Source: an uncultured Solirubrobacterales bacterium (GTDB lineage: Bacteria; Actinomycetota; Thermoleophilia; Solirubrobacterales; Solirubrobacteraceae). Taken from it: a stretch of DNA of 64,000 nucleotides. The notes beneath the pieces are model-generated. The model saw only the letters and a list, made by a program, of their open reading frames with translations. It was not told where the DNA came from and searched no databases. Below are positions 9,247 through 18,578 of the stretch, piece after piece (position 1 is the stretch's first letter; every line of letters starts with the position of its first letter). The stretch covers positions 47,487 to 111,486 of the forward strand of contig CAWHZJ010000019.1 of the NCBI GenBank assembly GCA_963833765.1. The letters are read 5' to 3'. Position numbers and translations under genes: made by a program.

Positions 9247-10761
9247 ATGGCCTTGCAACCGACGGTGCGCCGGATCAGCGGCCGGTCTTCCCAAGCCGCG
9301 GGCGGTGATGCCGCCAGCTCGCGCCAGCACGCTTCTCCCGGGCTCGTGCTGTTGATCGTGTGCGCGGGCGTGGTGCTCGCAAGCCTCGACCTCTTCATCG
9401 TCAACGTCGCCCTGCCCCAGATGGGCAGGGACTTTCACCTCCGCGGGGGTGGCCTCGGGGACCTCTCGTGGGTCCTGAACGGCTACGCGATCGTGTACGC
9501 GGCCCTGCTCGTCCTGTTCGGGCGAATCGCCGAGCGCCATCCCCGCGAGCGGGGCTTCCTGCTCGGCGTGGCGCTGTTCGTTGCAGCCTCCGCCGCGTGT
9601 GGAGCCGCGAGCAGCCTGCCGATGTTGGTCGCATTTCGTGTCGTGCAGGCCGCGGGAGCGGCGCTGCTGACGCCGACCTCGCTCGGACTGATCCTGGCGA
9701 GCTTTCCGCCGGAGGGCCGGCATCGCGCAGTGCGGACGTGGACGGCGGTGGGCGGGTTGTCGGCGGCGCTTGGCCCGGTGATTGGCGGACTCCTCGTCGA
9801 GGCGAGCTGGCGCTGGGTGTTCCTCGTCAACGTCCCGATCGGTCTGGTGGCGCTCGTAGTGGGCTGGCGACGCCTCCCGCACGTGCCTGGCCAGCCGGTA
9901 TCCCGGCCCGACCCTCTCGCGGCGCTGCTGGCCACCCTCGGAGTAGGCCTGCTGTCACTCGGCCTGGTCAAGGGCGGCACGTGGGGGTGGGACAACGCCA
10001 GGACGGTCGCTACGCTCGGTGTGGCCGCGGCCGCGTTTGCTCTGTTCGCGGCGCACACAGCGTGGAGTCGCAACCCGCTCATTGATCGGGCGCTGTTCAA
10101 GCTCCGGCCGTTCACGGGCGCATCGGCCGTGGCGCTCCTGTTCTCGGCCTCGTTCGGGGGGATGCTGCTCTCGCGTGTTTTGTGGGCGCAGGAGATCTGG
10201 CACTGGTCGCCGTTGACCACGGGTCTGTCGATCGCCCCGGGACCGCTGATGGTTCCGCTGTTTTCGTTCCTGGTCGCCGGTCGGCTGACCGCCCGCCTGG
10301 GAGCGGCGCGGGTGATCGCCATCGGCTCGACGACCTTCGCCGCCGGCGTCGCCTGGTGGGCGCTCGCTATGGGTCTTCGCCCCGACTACGCCGGCGAGAT
10401 GCTCGGGGGGATGCTCTTGACCGGCATCGGGGTCGGCCTCACGCTGCCGACGCTGATGGCGACCGGCACGTCGCAGCTTCGACCACATGCGTTCGCCACC
10501 GGCTCGGCGGTCATCAACATGCTGCGCCAGGTCGGGCTCGCGATCGGCGTGGCCGTCCTGGTCGCACTGCTGGGCACGCCCCATTCGCCGGCTGCCACGC
10601 TCGTCACCTATCAGCGCGCGTCGTGGGTGATCGCGGCGATCTCGCTGGCCGGCGGAATCGTGGGGCTCGTGCTGCTGGCCGCCAGGCCCCGGCCCGCCGC
10701 CGCCCCGACCGAGACCGGCTCGAGAGCGGCGACGGTCGCCGCCCCGAGCGAGAGCCACTAA
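9247..10761 (+). CDS. MFS transporter, DHA2 (EmrB/QacA-like, 14-TMS) type
   Basis: SD GGAGGGAG lies 5 nt before the in-frame ATG at 9247. LDLFIVNVALPQM and many TM helices are present. Earlier in-frame starts (9175, 9214) would leave no promoter space. Confidence 0.8.
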   Translation: MALQPTVRRISGRSSQAAGGDAASSRQHASPGLVLLIVCAGVVLASLDLFIVNVALPQMGRDFHLRGGGLGDLSWVLNGYAIVYAALLVLFGRIAERHPRERGFLLGVALFVAASAACGAASSLPMLVAFRVVQAAGAALLTPTSLGLILASFPPEGRHRAVRTWTAVGGLSAALGPVIGGLLVEASWRWVFLVNVPIGLVALVVGWRRLPHVPGQPVSRPDPLAALLATLGVGLLSLGLVKGGTWGWDNARTVATLGVAAAAFALFAAHTAWSRNPLIDRALFKLRPFTGASAVALLFSASFGGMLLSRVLWAQEIWHWSPLTTGLSIAPGPLMVPLFSFLVAGRLTARLGAARVIAIGSTTFAAGVAWWALAMGLRPDYAGEMLGGMLLTGIGVGLTLPTLMATGTSQLRPHAFATGSAVINMLRQVGLAIGVAVLVALLGTPHSPAATLVTYQRASWVIAAISLAGGIVGLVLLAARPRPAAAPTETGSRAATVAAPSESH

Positions 10762-10832
10762 CGACCGACAGGAGAATCGAGATGCCACCCGCGCTCAACC
10801 TGACACGAGCCGACTCAACGAAAGGAACGATC

Positions 10833-11594
10833 ATGTCGAACACAAACTCGCAGCCGGGCACACCGATCAACGGTGCCGTCGCGCTCGTCACCGGCGGCCA
10901 CCGCGGCTTCGGCCGCGCGATGGTCGACGAACTGCTCGAACGCGGAGCGGCCAAGGTCTACGCCACGTCGCGGTCGCCCCAACCGCAGACCGACGCTCGC
11001 ATCGTCCCGCTCGTGCTCGACGTCACCGACGACGACTCCATGGTTGCGGCGGCCCGGGCCGCAACCGACGTCTCGATCGTGGTCAGCAACGCAGGCATTT
11101 CTCTCAGGACGCCGGTGCTCGAGGCGCCGCTGGACGAGATCCGCGCCGAACTTGAGACCAACCTGTTCGGGACGATCCGCGTTGCCCGGGCATTCGCGCC
11201 GATCCTCGCCCGCAATCCCTCGAGCTCGCTCGTCAACGTCCTGTCGGTGCTCTCGTGGCTCGCATTGGGCGGGGGCTACGAGGTCTCCAAGGCAGCGGCG
11301 TGGTCTGCCACCAACTCGATGCGGATCCAACTGCGTCACCAGGGCACGACCGTGACCGCCCTGCACGTGGCGTACATGGACACCGACATGACCGCCGCGC
11401 TCGACGTCCCCAAAGCCGACCCGCGCGACATCGCCCGCCAAACCGCCGACGCGATCCTGACCGGCGAATACGAAGTCCTCGCCGATGAGACGACCCGCGC
11501 GGTCAAGTCCGGGCTATCCCAGGACCTCAGCACGCTCTACGGCGAGCAGCTCAGAAAGCTCGCGCAGAACGCGCCGGAGGCGGTCGTCAGCTAG
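10833..11594 (+). CDS. SDR-family oxidoreductase
   Basis: In-frame ATG at 10833. Cofactor motif VALVTGGHRGFGRAM, NAG motif VVSNAGI and catalytic YEVSKAA are present. The upstream part of the ORF-track entry overlaps the MFS gene and is rejected. Confidence 0.85.
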   Translation: MSNTNSQPGTPINGAVALVTGGHRGFGRAMVDELLERGAAKVYATSRSPQPQTDARIVPLVLDVTDDDSMVAAARAATDVSIVVSNAGISLRTPVLEAPLDEIRAELETNLFGTIRVARAFAPILARNPSSSLVNVLSVLSWLALGGGYEVSKAAAWSATNSMRIQLRHQGTTVTALHVAYMDTDMTAALDVPKADPRDIARQTADAILTGEYEVLADETTRAVKSGLSQDLSTLYGEQLRKLAQNAPEAVVS

Positions 11595-11650
11595 ACGTCG
11601 GCTCTGCGTCTTCTGGCACGGCATGGAGATCACGGCCTGACGTCGAGGCC

Positions 11651-13105
11651 TCAGCGGATCGAGTAGATCTCGAGCGATCCGCTGGTCAGGTGGTCGTTGG
11701 CGTTGCCCGTCGGCTCGATCACGCGCCCGTCGACGACGATCGGGCTGTTCCAGTGCCCGCCGGCGCCGCTCAGCGTCGTGACCAGGTGTCCGCCGGCGGG
11801 GCGATAGACGGCGATCCCGCCGCCGCCCGGGTCGTAGACGTAGAGCAGGCCGCCGGCGACGACCGGGCTCGTCCCGGCGGTGCCGTTCTGCCAGATCGGA
11901 TACAGTCGGCCCCCGGACACGCGGTAGGCGGACGTGCCGCCGCCGTCGGCGACGAACAGCAGGTTGTGCCACACGGCCGGGGCGGTGAAGAGCTGCTGGC
12001 CGCCCGGGGTCGGAAGCGTCTGCAGCTCGCCGCCGGTGTGCGGCGGCGTCCCGGGGGCGCTCCCGTCGAGGGCCGAGAGGGCGAGCACTCGCTGCATCCC
12101 GTCCTTGCCGGCGATCCACGCGAGTCCGCCGGGCAGCAGCGCCGGTGAGCCGGAGCCGAGGTCGAGGTCTCCGGTGTTCAGCATCGCCTGGTCGGTCGGC
12201 GTGTAGGCCTGGCGGAGCTTCAGCCCCGGCAGCGTCAGCTCGATCAGGCTGTCGCCGAAGTCGGTGGTCCCGTTGTAGGGGGCGTTGCCGGTGGCGATCA
12301 GCACGCGCGTGGCTCCGGGCTCGACGACCGGGCCGCTGCGCGAGAGGATCGCGGAGTCGCTCGCCGAGCAGGTTGCGGGGCGGATGATCGTTGTTCGCTT
12401 CGCGCAGAGCGTGTTGAAGACGTGTTCGATGCGGCCGCTGGTGAGCGAGACGGCCACGATGTGGCCGACGTAGGGCGGCGAGTCGCCGAAGTAGCCGCCG
12501 GTGGTCGCGAGCAGGTCGCCGTCGGCGATGTTCAGCGATGCCGTGAGCTTCTCGGTGTGGGGCGCGGGCGTGATCCGCACCGGCCAGCCGGGTTGCTCGC
12601 GCCCGTCGGCGATCGCGAGCTTGTGCACGAGGCCGTTCGGCGAGGTGGTGTAGACGTCGGTGTCGCCGGGGCCGACGATCGGGCTGGCCGTGGTGATCTG
12701 GCCGCTGCCGCTCCAGGCGGCGATGCCGCGGGGCACGAACCGCCAGAGGATGCGGCCGTTGTTGGCGTCGATCGCGAGCGTGATGCCGTAGGTCGTGGTG
12801 ACGAACGCGACGGCGTGGTTCGCTCCGTTGACGCGGGCCTGGTGCAGGTAGACGGCGGAGTTGTCGGCGGTGCCCGGGAGCGCCACGGTGCGCAGCCGCA
12901 GATGGCGGACGTTTGCCGCGGTGATCCCGGTTGGTTCGTCGGTGGCGTCGGTGCGCTGCGGGTTCAGTCCGAACTCGGGCCAGTCGGCGAGCCGCGGGGC
13001 CGCCGCGACCGAGGTGCTCGCCGCGGCCAGCGCGCAGGCGCCGACGACGAGCGCCGTGAGGGCGACCGCCAGCGCAACGACCCTGCTCGGCGTCCCGCGC
13101 GACAC
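11651..13105 (-). CDS. Secreted PQQ-like/BamB-type beta-propeller repeat protein, function unknown
   Basis: 484 aa. N-terminal signal/TM ALAVALTALVVGACALAAA. Repeated strand motifs (GRILWRF, NLLFVAD, GLLYVYD, DGRVIEP) are typical of PQQ-like propellers. Lies 17 nt downstream of the lipoprotein gene. Confidence 0.6.
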   Translation of the reverse strand: MSRGTPSRVVALAVALTALVVGACALAAASTSVAAAPRLADWPEFGLNPQRTDATDEPTGITAANVRHLRLRTVALPGTADNSAVYLHQARVNGANHAVAFVTTTYGITLAIDANNGRILWRFVPRGIAAWSGSGQITTASPIVGPGDTDVYTTSPNGLVHKLAIADGREQPGWPVRITPAPHTEKLTASLNIADGDLLATTGGYFGDSPPYVGHIVAVSLTSGRIEHVFNTLCAKRTTIIRPATCSASDSAILSRSGPVVEPGATRVLIATGNAPYNGTTDFGDSLIELTLPGLKLRQAYTPTDQAMLNTGDLDLGSGSPALLPGGLAWIAGKDGMQRVLALSALDGSAPGTPPHTGGELQTLPTPGGQQLFTAPAVWHNLLFVADGGGTSAYRVSGGRLYPIWQNGTAGTSPVVAGGLLYVYDPGGGGIAVYRPAGGHLVTTLSGAGGHWNSPIVVDGRVIEPTGNANDHLTSGSLEIYSIR

Positions 13106-13122
13106 CGCCAGAGCCTAGGGCT

Positions 13123-13851
13123 TCAGCGCGACGCCTTGGGCGCCACGGTGAGCGAGATCGTACTTTCGCTTACCGAGCCGACCATCGGGACCTGGACCTG
13201 CGCGCCTGCGCCGGGAGCCAGCGAGGGGATGATGGCGCGACCGGCGCCGACGACCCGGCCGCCCCGCAGCGCAACCGCGTAAACCGGCAACTGCCGCTGC
13301 GCGATCGTCGAGCGGTTGCGGACGGTGGCGCTGACGTGGGGGCCGGGAAAGCTGTCGCTCGCGCTGACTGCCTCGGTCGTGATCGAGGGAAGCGTGCTAG
13401 GCGCCTGCGCCGTGGCGGCGCCGAGCTGCCCGGTCGCCGTCTTGGGAACGCCGCCGCTCGCGAGGACCTCGTTGTCAACCCACCACGCCGTCGCATGGGG
13501 CGCCAGCAGTGCGAGCTGCTGGATCGAGGGCTCGATCCCAGTGGTGTTGTTGCGGTAGACAGCGCGGCCCTTGGCGTCGAGCACCTCGATCAGAACCGGA
13601 AAATCGGTTTCGGCGCGCGTGCTCGTGTTGGTCAGCTCCAACGCGACCGCCGACTGTCCGGCGGCCGTGAGCAGCACCTCCCGTTCGATCCGCACGTCGC
13701 GGTTGGCGGCACCGAGGCGCGTCGTGCCGGCGATCGCGCTCTGGTGGCCGAGCGTGCGGGCGATCTTGGCGCTCTGCTCCTGAGTGGTCTCGCAGCCGCT
13801 CGCGCCGAGGACGATCAGGCCGGCCGCGAACGCCGCGGCGGCCGCTCTCAT
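13123..13851 (-). CDS. Putative lipoprotein, two beta-rich repeats, unknown function
   Basis: In-frame ATG at 13851 overlaps the pstB stop (ATGA). Lipobox LIVLGASGC. Two similar halves (VALELTNTSTRAETDFPVLIEV / VSATVRNRSTIAQRQLPVYAV). The longer ORF-track version runs through pstB and is rejected. Confidence 0.6.
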   Translation of the reverse strand: MRAAAAAFAAGLIVLGASGCETTQEQSAKIARTLGHQSAIAGTTRLGAANRDVRIEREVLLTAAGQSAVALELTNTSTRAETDFPVLIEVLDAKGRAVYRNNTTGIEPSIQQLALLAPHATAWWVDNEVLASGGVPKTATGQLGAATAQAPSTLPSITTEAVSASDSFPGPHVSATVRNRSTIAQRQLPVYAVALRGGRVVGAGRAIIPSLAPGAGAQVQVPMVGSVSESTISLTVAPKASR

Positions 13852-14696
13852 CCGAAGGCGCCGGCGATGTATTCGCGCGTACGCGTCTCGCGCGGTGCCG
13901 TGAACAGCTGATCGGCGCTGCCCAGCTCGACGAGGTCGCCGAGATACATGAACGCGACGCGATCGGCCACGCGCCGCGCCTGCTGCAGGTTGTGGGTGAC
14001 GATGACGATCGCCAGCTCGTTGCGCAGCTGCAGGATGAGATCCTCGATCACCGCACTCGAGCGGGGGTCGAGGGCGGAGCAGGGTTCGTCCATCAGCAGG
14101 ATCTCCGGGTTGGTCGCGATCGCCCGAGCGATGCACAGTCGCTGCTGCTGGCCGCCGGAGAGCCGCAGCGCGGGGCTGTCGAGCTTGTCGCGGACCTCCT
14201 CGTAGAGACCGGCGCGCTGGAGCGCCTGCTTGACCAGCGGCTCCAGCTCTCGGCGTCGCGGGCGCCGGCGCGCCTGCTCCCGCAGCGCGAAGGCGACGTT
14301 GTCGAAGATCGACATCGGGAACGGGTTGGGCTGCTGGAAGACCATCGAGACCCGCGTGCGCAGCCTGGTGTCCTCGAGCTCGTGAATGTCGTCGCCGTCG
14401 AGCGTGATGCTGCCGCTGTGGCTGGCGTTCGGCGTCAGCTCGGTCAGCCGGTTGAGCGTGCGCAGCAGCGTCGTCTTGCCGCAGCCCGAGGGGCCGATCA
14501 GCGCGAGCACCTCGCCCTGGTGGATCGAGAGCGACGCCTGGCGGACGGCCGGCACGCCGTCGTAGAAGACGCTGATTTCGTTCAATCGCATGCGCTCGGC
14601 ACCGCTGAGTCCCCCGACCGCTCGCAGCGGCGTGGTCGTGTCCGGTCGGGCCGCAGCCGCCGCCGGCGAGCGAAAGCTCAGCTGATTGATCGACAT
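13848..14696 (-). CDS. pstB: Phosphate ABC transporter ATP-binding protein PstB (copy 1)
   Basis: Walker A GPSGCGKTT, signature LSGGQQQRL and Walker B ILLMDEP are present, and the C-terminus TRTREYIAGAFG is typical of PstB. Has an N-terminal extension of about 35 aa; the start could instead be the internal Met (MRLNEIS). Confidence 0.9.
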   Translation of the reverse strand: MSINQLSFRSPAAAAARPDTTTPLRAVGGLSGAERMRLNEISVFYDGVPAVRQASLSIHQGEVLALIGPSGCGKTTLLRTLNRLTELTPNASHSGSITLDGDDIHELEDTRLRTRVSMVFQQPNPFPMSIFDNVAFALREQARRRPRRRELEPLVKQALQRAGLYEEVRDKLDSPALRLSGGQQQRLCIARAIATNPEILLMDEPCSALDPRSSAVIEDLILQLRNELAIVIVTHNLQQARRVADRVAFMYLGDLVELGSADQLFTAPRETRTREYIAGAFG

Positions 14697-14766
14697 TGTG
14701 CCATTCTTGCGAACTTTGACCGCCGGCGCAAGCCCGGGGGCCGATTCTTGCCCGCCGTGCGGCCGC

Positions 14767-15768
14767 TCACCGGGCGACCCGTCCCGTGTACAGCCCGGCA
14801 GCGGCGCCGGCCCGCGAGATCCGCCCGACCAGCCAGTTGAGCGCCAGGATCATCAGCATCAGCAGGAACGCCGCGGCATAGGCCTTCTGCGGCGCGTTGC
14901 CCTCGCCGGCGGGCGAATTGTTGAGGATGTAGCTGGGCAGCGTCGAACCCGTGCCGCGCAGGAATCCCAGCAGCGGAACGCCGTTCTCGGGGCTGTTCTG
15001 CAGCGTCGCCCCGAGCAGCACGACGACGATCGCGGTACTGCCGATGATCCGCCCGAGGCCGAGCGTCGCCCCCGTCGCGATGTCGGCTCGCAGGCTGGGC
15101 AGCAGGACCCGGCGGATCGTCGTGATCCGCGTCTTGCCGAGCGCGTAGGAGGCCTCGCGCAGATGGCGCGGAATCGCGCGCAACCCGTTGCGCGTCGCGG
15201 TGTAGGTCAGCGGCAGCGCGACCAGCGAGACCATGATCCCGGCGGCGAGGAACGAGCGGCCGTACACGCCGCCGGCACTCGAGCGAAACGAGAACGGCGC
15301 GAGGATCCCGAGCTGGAAGACCGCGAGGCCGAAGATCGCGATCACGATGTCGGGGGTCCCGGCGATCAGCTCAATGCTGGTCTCGACGATCCGTGCGAGC
15401 CAGCGCGGACGACCGTATTCGATGACCCAGATCGCGGTGATCACGGCGATCGGCGTGGCGATCAAGGTGCCCAGCACGGCGAGCGTCAGCGTGCCCTCGA
15501 TCGGGTCGAGGATGCCGCCCGAGTGGGACTGGTCGACCGACGCGCTCGGGCTCGTCGCGAGCAGCTTGGGGTCGAGATAACGCAGCCCCTGCACCGCGAG
15601 GAAGACGACGATCGCCGCGGCGATCAGGCACAGCGCGATGCCGGCGCCCCAGGCGAGCAGATAGGTCAGCTGATCACGGCGGCGCCAGCTGCGCACCGAC
15701 GAACGGCGGCCGCGGCGGCGCGGCGGGACAGCCAGCAGCGGTGGGGACTGTGGCTCGTAGGCGGCCAT
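14767..15768 (-). CDS. pstA: Phosphate ABC transporter permease PstA (copy 1)
   Basis: 333-aa polytopic membrane protein sitting between pstC and pstB. Its start overlaps the pstC stop by 1 nt. Confidence 0.85.
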   Translation of the reverse strand: MAAYEPQSPPLLAVPPRRRGRRSSVRSWRRRDQLTYLLAWGAGIALCLIAAAIVVFLAVQGLRYLDPKLLATSPSASVDQSHSGGILDPIEGTLTLAVLGTLIATPIAVITAIWVIEYGRPRWLARIVETSIELIAGTPDIVIAIFGLAVFQLGILAPFSFRSSAGGVYGRSFLAAGIMVSLVALPLTYTATRNGLRAIPRHLREASYALGKTRITTIRRVLLPSLRADIATGATLGLGRIIGSTAIVVVLLGATLQNSPENGVPLLGFLRGTGSTLPSYILNNSPAGEGNAPQKAYAAAFLLMLMILALNWLVGRISRAGAAAGLYTGRVAR

Positions 15769-16751
15769 CAGCTGCTCAGCTCGTATTTGCGCAGCGGCAG
15801 TCGTGCGAGGTGCGAGGCGAGCGAGAGCATGAAGCCCGAGAACAGCAGGAGCAGGGCGAACGCGTAGATGCTCGAGCGCAGCGCCGGAGCGCTGAGGCCG
15901 TCGACCTGCTCGACGATCTCGGCGGCGACGGTGCGCAGTGGCTCGAACAGGACGATCGGCCCGTCGGCAAAGTTGGGCGCGAATGCCTTGCCGCCGGAGA
16001 CCATCGAGAGCATGATCGCCTCGCCGATCGCGCGCGCGGTGGCGAGTCCGGCGGCGGCGATGATCGCTGGGCGGATCGCGCGAATCGAGACGGCCAGCGT
16101 GGCGCGCAGCGGGTTGAGCCCGAGCGCGACCGCGCCCTCATGCCACGAGCGCGGCACCGAGCCGAGCGCGTCGGTGATCAGCGCGGTCATGATCGGCGTG
16201 ATCATCACGGTGAGGATCACGACGGAGACGAGCAGCCCCGCGCCGGTGAGCTGGATCACGTTGACCACCGATTGCTTCTGGCCCGAGCTGATCAGGTGGT
16301 TGCCGACGAACGGCACGAGCACGAGCACGCCGATCAGCCCGTAGACGACCGACGGGACCGATGCGAGCAGCCGGATCACCGGTGTCATCAGCCGCGCCAC
16401 CGGCGGCGGCGCGAAATCCACAATGAAGATGGCCGTCAGCAGCGATATCGCCAGTCCGAAGAACACGGCGAAGCCGGCGGTCAGGATCGTCCCGTAGATC
16501 AGCGGCCACGCGCGCAGGAAGTAGGCCGACGCCGGCGGGGTCGCCGAGGTGCTCTGCATCGAGCCGATCTGGCCGTCCAGGCTGCCGCCTGACCCGAGCC
16601 ACGAGAGGCCTTCATGCGAGAACGTCGGCCATGCACGCTGGGCGACGAAGACGACCATCAGCACGATCGCCAGTGCGGTCAGGCACGCGACCGCGCCGAG
16701 CGCGCGCTCGGCGCGGCGGTCCGTCCACGGCTTGCGCAGGCGCGCCAGCAC
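15768..16751 (-). CDS. pstC: Phosphate ABC transporter permease PstC (copy 1)
   Basis: 327-aa polytopic permease. Its position after pstS and general similarity to the second pstC copy in this window support the call. Confidence 0.85.
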   Translation of the reverse strand: MLARLRKPWTDRRAERALGAVACLTALAIVLMVVFVAQRAWPTFSHEGLSWLGSGGSLDGQIGSMQSTSATPPASAYFLRAWPLIYGTILTAGFAVFFGLAISLLTAIFIVDFAPPPVARLMTPVIRLLASVPSVVYGLIGVLVLVPFVGNHLISSGQKQSVVNVIQLTGAGLLVSVVILTVMITPIMTALITDALGSVPRSWHEGAVALGLNPLRATLAVSIRAIRPAIIAAAGLATARAIGEAIMLSMVSGGKAFAPNFADGPIVLFEPLRTVAAEIVEQVDGLSAPALRSSIYAFALLLLFSGFMLSLASHLARLPLRKYELSS

Positions 16752-16774
16752 CGGCGCGGCCTCCTAGGAACCGC

Positions 16775-17596
16775 TCACGGGTTGAGCGGGATCCACGACG
16801 TCTCGATGATCTTCTTGGCAACCGGGCTGTGCTGGATCCAGTTGATGAAGACCTCGACCTGGCCGGAGGCGTTGCCGCGCGTGACCTCGTAGAAGTCGGA
16901 GAACCCGGGGTAGGTGCTGGACACGACGTTGGCGACGTTGCAGCCGACGCCGTTGTAGCCGACCGCGTTGACGCCCTTCGCGAGCGCGAAGTAGTCCGAG
17001 AGGAACCCGATCGCGCTGGGGTCCTTCTTGATCGAGTTCTGCATCAGACCCTCACTCGCCTCCTGCGTCGCGACGGAGGACACCTTGGCGCCGCCGAGCA
17101 GCGTGTTCTGGAAGGTCGTCAGCACGCCCGCGACCGAGGTGCGCGTATAGACGTCGATCGGGCCGGTCGCGGTCGCGCCCGAAACCTGGCTCCAGTCACG
17201 CACCTTGCCGGTGAAGATCGACAGCACCTGCGCGGCACTGAGGTTCGAGATCGGGTTCGCCGGGTTGGTCACGACGCAGACGAAGTACTTGGCGATCGGG
17301 TAGAACTCGAGCCCCTTGGGGTCGGAGGACTGCGGCGGGCGCGAGGAGTCGCCGATGTCGACCTTCCCCGCAGCGGCCTCCTGGATGCCGACGGTTGCGC
17401 CGCCCTGTGAGACCTTGAACTTGACGCTCCCGTGCTTGAGCTTCGTGTACTTGCTGGTGAGCAGGGTGATCAGCGGAAACGAGGCTGTCGCGCCGGACAT
17501 CGAGATCGTCGTCGTCGCCGCGTAGGCGAGTGCTGGAACGATCACCAGCGCGGCGGTCACAGCGAGGGGGGCGATGAGACGGCGGGATCTGCGCAT
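16775..17596 (-). CDS. pstS: Phosphate-binding protein PstS (copy 1)
   Basis: Start is placed at the internal Met before the signal peptide MRRSRRLIAPLAVTAALVIVPALAYA. The periplasmic-binding-protein fold includes the SGATASFPL and DIGDSSRP motifs. First gene of pstSCAB. Confidence 0.8.
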   Translation of the reverse strand: MRRSRRLIAPLAVTAALVIVPALAYAATTTISMSGATASFPLITLLTSKYTKLKHGSVKFKVSQGGATVGIQEAAAGKVDIGDSSRPPQSSDPKGLEFYPIAKYFVCVVTNPANPISNLSAAQVLSIFTGKVRDWSQVSGATATGPIDVYTRTSVAGVLTTFQNTLLGGAKVSSVATQEASEGLMQNSIKKDPSAIGFLSDYFALAKGVNAVGYNGVGCNVANVVSSTYPGFSDFYEVTRGNASGQVEVFINWIQHSPVAKKIIETSWIPLNP

Positions 17597-17623
17597 CAGC
17601 GGGGTAGCTCCGTTTCCAAGGGT

Positions 17624-17653
17624 TTGACAGCCGGCGGGTCGGCACCTTAGCAT
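17624..17653 (+). promoter_or_regulatory. Candidate sigma-70-like promoter (TTGACA-N18-TAGCAT) facing the 17740 gene
   Basis: Hexamers read directly from the AT-richer pstS1/17740 divergent region. Spacing is 18 nt. No experimental support. Confidence 0.3.
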
Positions 17654-17739
17654 AATCTTCACTATGCCGATCTAGTTTGCGCGGTTTGCGCTACGCTGCC
17701 CGCCCACCGCTCGCCCAACGACAGACCCAGGAGGCCAAG

Positions 17740-18468
17740 TTGCTCAGATCTGATCCCGCCCGGCGCCGATTGGCGGCCGTGCTCGGAGTGCTCGTGACCG
17801 CGGTCGCCGTACCGGTGTTCGCGCCGTCGCTGCTGCAGGCGGACAGTACGACGCCGATCTCCTCCGGCACGCCGAGCGCGACGGGCGCCACCGGTCCGAC
17901 GACCGCGACCGACGACCCGAACAACTACACCTGCGTCGGCCACATCCAGGCGGGCGCTGCCGAGCAGGGCGTCAAAGGGACGCAGGTCGAGTACCAGTTC
18001 TCCTGTGACGGTCCGATCACGGCCTACGCGATCGAGACCGAGCCCCACCAGGTCCAGTACTTCGACCAGTCACCCGTGGTCGCGCTCGCCGGCGTGCCCT
18101 CGTCGGTCGACGCCTTCTCGTGCACGGCGTTCATCCCGGGCGTCCAGATCAACTGCAGCGGCTCGACCTCGGCCGCGTTCGAGGTGATCACCGGCCAGTT
18201 CGTGATCGCCGACAAGGACCTCTGCGCCGAGCCGCGCGTCGATCCGATCCTGACCGTCGCGGACGCCACCGCCGCGGCGACGATCGGCGGCACGAAGACC
18301 GCCCCCACGGCGACCGCGACGGTCACCCAGTACCTCGCCGGACCCTACGACCTCGGTCGACCGTGGGGCTGCAAGGGCGACCAGTTCGGTGCCGACACGC
18401 GCCTCGGGAACAATCCGCCGACGATCGTGCTTCCCGGCCCGCCCGAGGCGGCGAAGAAGAAGAAGTAG
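17740..18468 (+). CDS. Secreted hypothetical protein (6 Cys, C-terminal KKKK)
   Basis: SD AGGAGG (17729-17734) lies 5 nt before the in-frame TTG at 17740. Signal-like RRRLAAVLGVLVTAVAVPVFAPSLLQA. GC3 bias supports coding. No family recognised. Confidence 0.55.
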   Translation: MLRSDPARRRLAAVLGVLVTAVAVPVFAPSLLQADSTTPISSGTPSATGATGPTTATDDPNNYTCVGHIQAGAAEQGVKGTQVEYQFSCDGPITAYAIETEPHQVQYFDQSPVVALAGVPSSVDAFSCTAFIPGVQINCSGSTSAAFEVITGQFVIADKDLCAEPRVDPILTVADATAAATIGGTKTAPTATATVTQYLAGPYDLGRPWGCKGDQFGADTRLGNNPPTIVLPGPPEAAKKKK

Positions 18469-18507
18469 TCCCTCCACGGGCTGGCGCCAGCCCGGCTGGC
18501 GACCCCC

Positions 18508-18543
18508 CCGGCAGGCCCCGCGTTCGCTGCGGGTGCCTGCCGG
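18508..18543. terminator. Strong GC hairpin between the convergent 17740 gene and ppk1 (bidirectional terminator candidate)
   Basis: CCGGCAGGCCCCGC-GTTCGCT-GCGGGTGCCTGCCGG gives a 14-bp stem with one bulge. No U-tract on either side. Confidence 0.45.
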
Positions 18544-18578
18544 GCGAGGACCGTGCGCGGCCGGGCGGCCGCGGCCCG

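Noticed and set aside
13852-14136. Upstream 95 codons of the ORF-track entry 13123-14136.
   Set aside because: It runs through pstB1 in another frame. The Met at 13851 gives a proper lipoprotein signal and an ATGA overlap with the pstB stop.
17597-17680. Possible PHO box upstream of pstS1.
   Set aside because: Only one good unit (CTTCAC at 17657) is present, and the flanking 11-nt units are degenerate. This is not enough to call an operator; it is mentioned only for contrast with pstS2.
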